A stretch of 63,495 nt of DNA, counting the filler, from Octopus bimaculoides (lineage: Eukaryota): assembly GCF_001194135.2 (NCBI RefSeq). It is 5 parts of 5 records of this genome, joined end to end, with 100 filler letters (N's around TTAATTAATTAA, not from the genome) between each part and the next. Parts side by side here need not be neighbours in the genome. Positions count along the whole stretch, not along the records: positions 44,804 to 61,371 come from NC_069004.1; positions 61,472 to 63,495 come from NW_026346686.1; 3 more parts are not named here. One strand, written 5' to 3'. The notes under the pieces are model-generated. The model saw nothing but the letters and a program-made list of their open reading frames with translations. It made no database searches and had not been told where the DNA came from. The position numbers and the translations under genes are program-made. This document shows, one piece after another, positions 61,075 through 63,495 of the stretch; the first letter of the stretch is position 1; each line of letters opens with the position of its first letter.

Positions 61075-61239
61075 CTAAAATATAGTTGGTTTCCCAGACA
61101 GGAAGGAAGAACTGGTGCTCGAAATATTTTTGTAAGAACGACCGCAAACCACCGAAACAAAACACGAGTATACAATCTCCAATCAGCAAGAGAACGTAGA
61201 TTGGATTGGTCAAAAGGCCTTTTAGTGAAGAAGGTAAAT
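61075..61239 (-). CDS. OATP/SLCO, 5'-most visible exon (phase 1 to 1)
   Basis: TTCATGCAG|AT...G|GTAAAT; xLPSSLKGLLTNPIYVLLLIGDCILVFCFGGLRSFLQKYFEHQFFLPVWETNYIL (L..NP...F..KY.E.QF motif); 165 nt. Confidence 0.93.
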
Positions 61240-61471
61240 CTGCATGAAGACATAAAAAGGACAATATATATATATATGTGTGTGTGTGTGTTTTATGTAT
61301 GAGTATGTGTATGTTTATGTGATTTTGCGCGTGTGTGAGTGGGTATGTGTGTATGTATACATATATATATANNNNNNNNNNNNNNNNNNNNNNNNNNNNN
61401 NNNNNNNNNNNNNNNTTAATTAATTAANNNNNNNNNNNNNNNNNNNNNNNNNNNNNNNNNNNNNNNNNNNN

Positions 61472-62010
61472 TGTTTTTATCGTACTTGTGGCTATGGCGA
61501 AAGAATGTATCTGGTGGACGCATCTGAATGGATTAGAGACAAACACTTTCCTCTCTGGTCAATCTCTCATCAACCTTTTCAAGTATCACTTGAAAACGAA
61601 GGTGAGAGTAGTGAGGAAAGTGTTGTCTAATGAATGTTTCCAAAAAAGATGGGTGAATGTAGCAAGGATGGCATGTATAAATGACGAAGCCACCTTGAAC
61701 AAGATCCTATGAAACGGAAAAAATTTTAAAGCAGAGAGTTACTTACTTTGTGTAAATAAATCTATTAACACGTAACATTATTGCCCGAGGTTACTGTGGT
61801 CTTTTCGTAGGTTTTTCTTTCCACAGATAAACCTCCCCATTTCTTCGAAACTTTTTGTATTATTTTAATTTTTGTATATATCCCAAATGATTTTGATCCC
61901 TTTTAATCGTTGTCCCTACGTTTGTTTGTTTTTTTTTACTTTGTTTTCGCCCCCTTCGACATTGTATTTGTCCCATCTGTGTCCAGCCCTGTGTGGCTAA
62001 TAAAGAAATN
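61472..62010 (+). mobile_element. L1/Tx1-like 3' end
   Basis: VAMAKECIWWTHLNGL...QSLINLFKYHLK.KVRV...KRWVNVAR; ends CCCTGTGTGGCTAATAAAGAAAT; similar to 20113-20640. Confidence 0.6.
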
Positions 62011-63061
62011 NNNNNNNNNNNNNNNNNNNNNNNNNNNNNNNNNNNNNNNNNNNNNNNNNNNNNNNNNNNNNNNNNNNNNNNNNNNNNNNNNNNNNNNNNN
62101 NNNNNNNNNNNNNNNNNNNNNNNNNNNNNNNNNNNNNNNNNNNNNNNNNNNNNNNNNNNNNNNNNNNNNNNNNNNNNNNNNNNNNNNNNNNNNNNNNNNN
62201 NNNNNNNNNNNNNNNNNNNNNNNNNNNNNNNNNNNNNNNNNNNNNNNNNNNNNNNNNNNNNNNNNNNNNNNNNNNNNNNNNNNNNNNNNNNNNNNNNNNN
62301 NNNNNNNNNNNNNNNNNNNNNNNNNNNNNNNNNNNNNNNNNNNNNNNNNNNNNNNNNNNNNNNNNNNNNNNNNNNNNNNNNNNNNNNNNNNNNNNNNNNN
62401 NNNNNNNNNNNNNNNNNNNNNNNNNNNNNNNNNNNNNNNNNNNNNNNNNNNNNNNNNNNNNNNNNNNNNNNNNNNNNNNNNNNNNNNNNNNNNNNNNNNN
62501 NNNNNNNNNNNNNNNNNNNNNNNNNNNNNNNNNNNNNNNNNNNNNNNNNNNNNNNNNNNNNNNNNNNNNNNNNNNNNNNNNNNNNNNNNNNNNNNNNNNN
62601 NNNNNNNNNNNNNNNNNNNNNNNNNNNNNNNNNNNNNNNNNNNNNNNNNNNNNNNNNNNNNNNNNNNNNNNNNNNNNNNNNNNNNNNNNNNNNNNNNNNN
62701 NNNNNNNNNNNNNNNNNNNNNNNNNNNNNNNNNNNNNNNNNNNNNNNNNNNNNNNNNNNNNNNNNNNNNNNNNNNNNNNNNNNNNNNNNNNNNNNNNNNN
62801 NNNNNNNNNNNNNNNNNNNNNNNNNNNNNNNNNNNNNNNNNNNNNNNNNNNNNNNNNNNNNNNNNNNNNNNNNNNNNNNNNNNNNNNNNNNNNNNNNNNN
62901 NNNNNNNNNNNNNNNNNNNNNNNNNNNNNNNNNNNNNNNNNNNNNNNNNNNNNNNNNNNNNNNNNNNNNNNNNNNNNNNNNNNNNNNNNNNNNNNCATAC
63001 ATACAGACACATGTACATATACATATCTCCATATACATACATAAAATCAAAATCAAAATCA

Positions 63062-63495
63062 CAGACGTGACTGATGACAGTACCGCCTGATTGGCACCTG
63101 TGCCAGTGGAACATTCAAAGCACCATCTGAGAATGATCGTTGCCAGGGCCACTGACTGGCTCCCGTGCCAGTGACATATAAAGAGCACCATTCAAGCATG
63201 GTCGTTGCCAACGTTGCCTCACTAGCACCTGTGCCAGAGGCACGTGGAAAACAGCATTCGAGCATGGTCATTGCCAGTGCCGCTGGACTGGCTCCTGTGC
63301 AGGTGGCACATAAAATACACCATTTGAGCATGGTCGTTGCCAGTACCCCCTGACTGGCCCTCATGCTGGTGGTATATAAAAGCACCAACTACACTCTCAG
63401 AGTGGTTAGCGTTAGGAAGGGCATCCAGCTGTAGAAATTTTGCACGATCAGATTGGAGCCTGGTGCAGCCTTCTGGCTCGCCAGTTCTCAGTCAA
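63062..63495 (+). mobile_element. RTE 3' UTR with minisatellite (runs off the window end)
   Basis: Four to five ~65-bp units, then GGTTAGCGTTAGGAAGGGCATCCAGCTGTAG. Confidence 0.85.

Overview
AT-rich, gap-ridden, microsatellite-dense eukaryotic genomic DNA. The SINE families and repeat content suggest an octopus/cephalopod draft scaffold (inference). Four spliced host-gene fragments were rebuilt by hand from GT-AG exons with matching phases: (1) four exons of a GH31 lysosomal alpha-glucosidase/maltase-glucoamylase-like gene (+, 16880-22261); (2) an isolated terminal exon of a RALBP1/RLIP76 orthologue (+, 34293-34517); (3) six exons giving the 3' part of a CCP(sushi)-serine protease gene resembling horseshoe-crab clotting factor C (+, 44939-51814), with an intact His/Asp/Ser triad but a remodelled active site (DSQKYDSGGG); (4) six 3' exons of an OATP/SLCO transporter (-, 61239-55666). 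The rest is mobile DNA: two degenerate RTE LINEs carrying a PHD-type finger, L1/Tx1 and R4/Dong (REL endonuclease) fragments, a mariner remnant, piggyBac-type MITEs, at least four tRNA-headed SINE families, Penelope-type hammerhead ribozyme motifs, minisatellites and simple repeats. No CRISPR, rRNA or true tRNA gene is supported. Most long ORFs in the supplied track are artefacts of N gaps or microsatellites. No database searches were run: homology calls come from recalled family motifs, and repeat boundaries are approximate.
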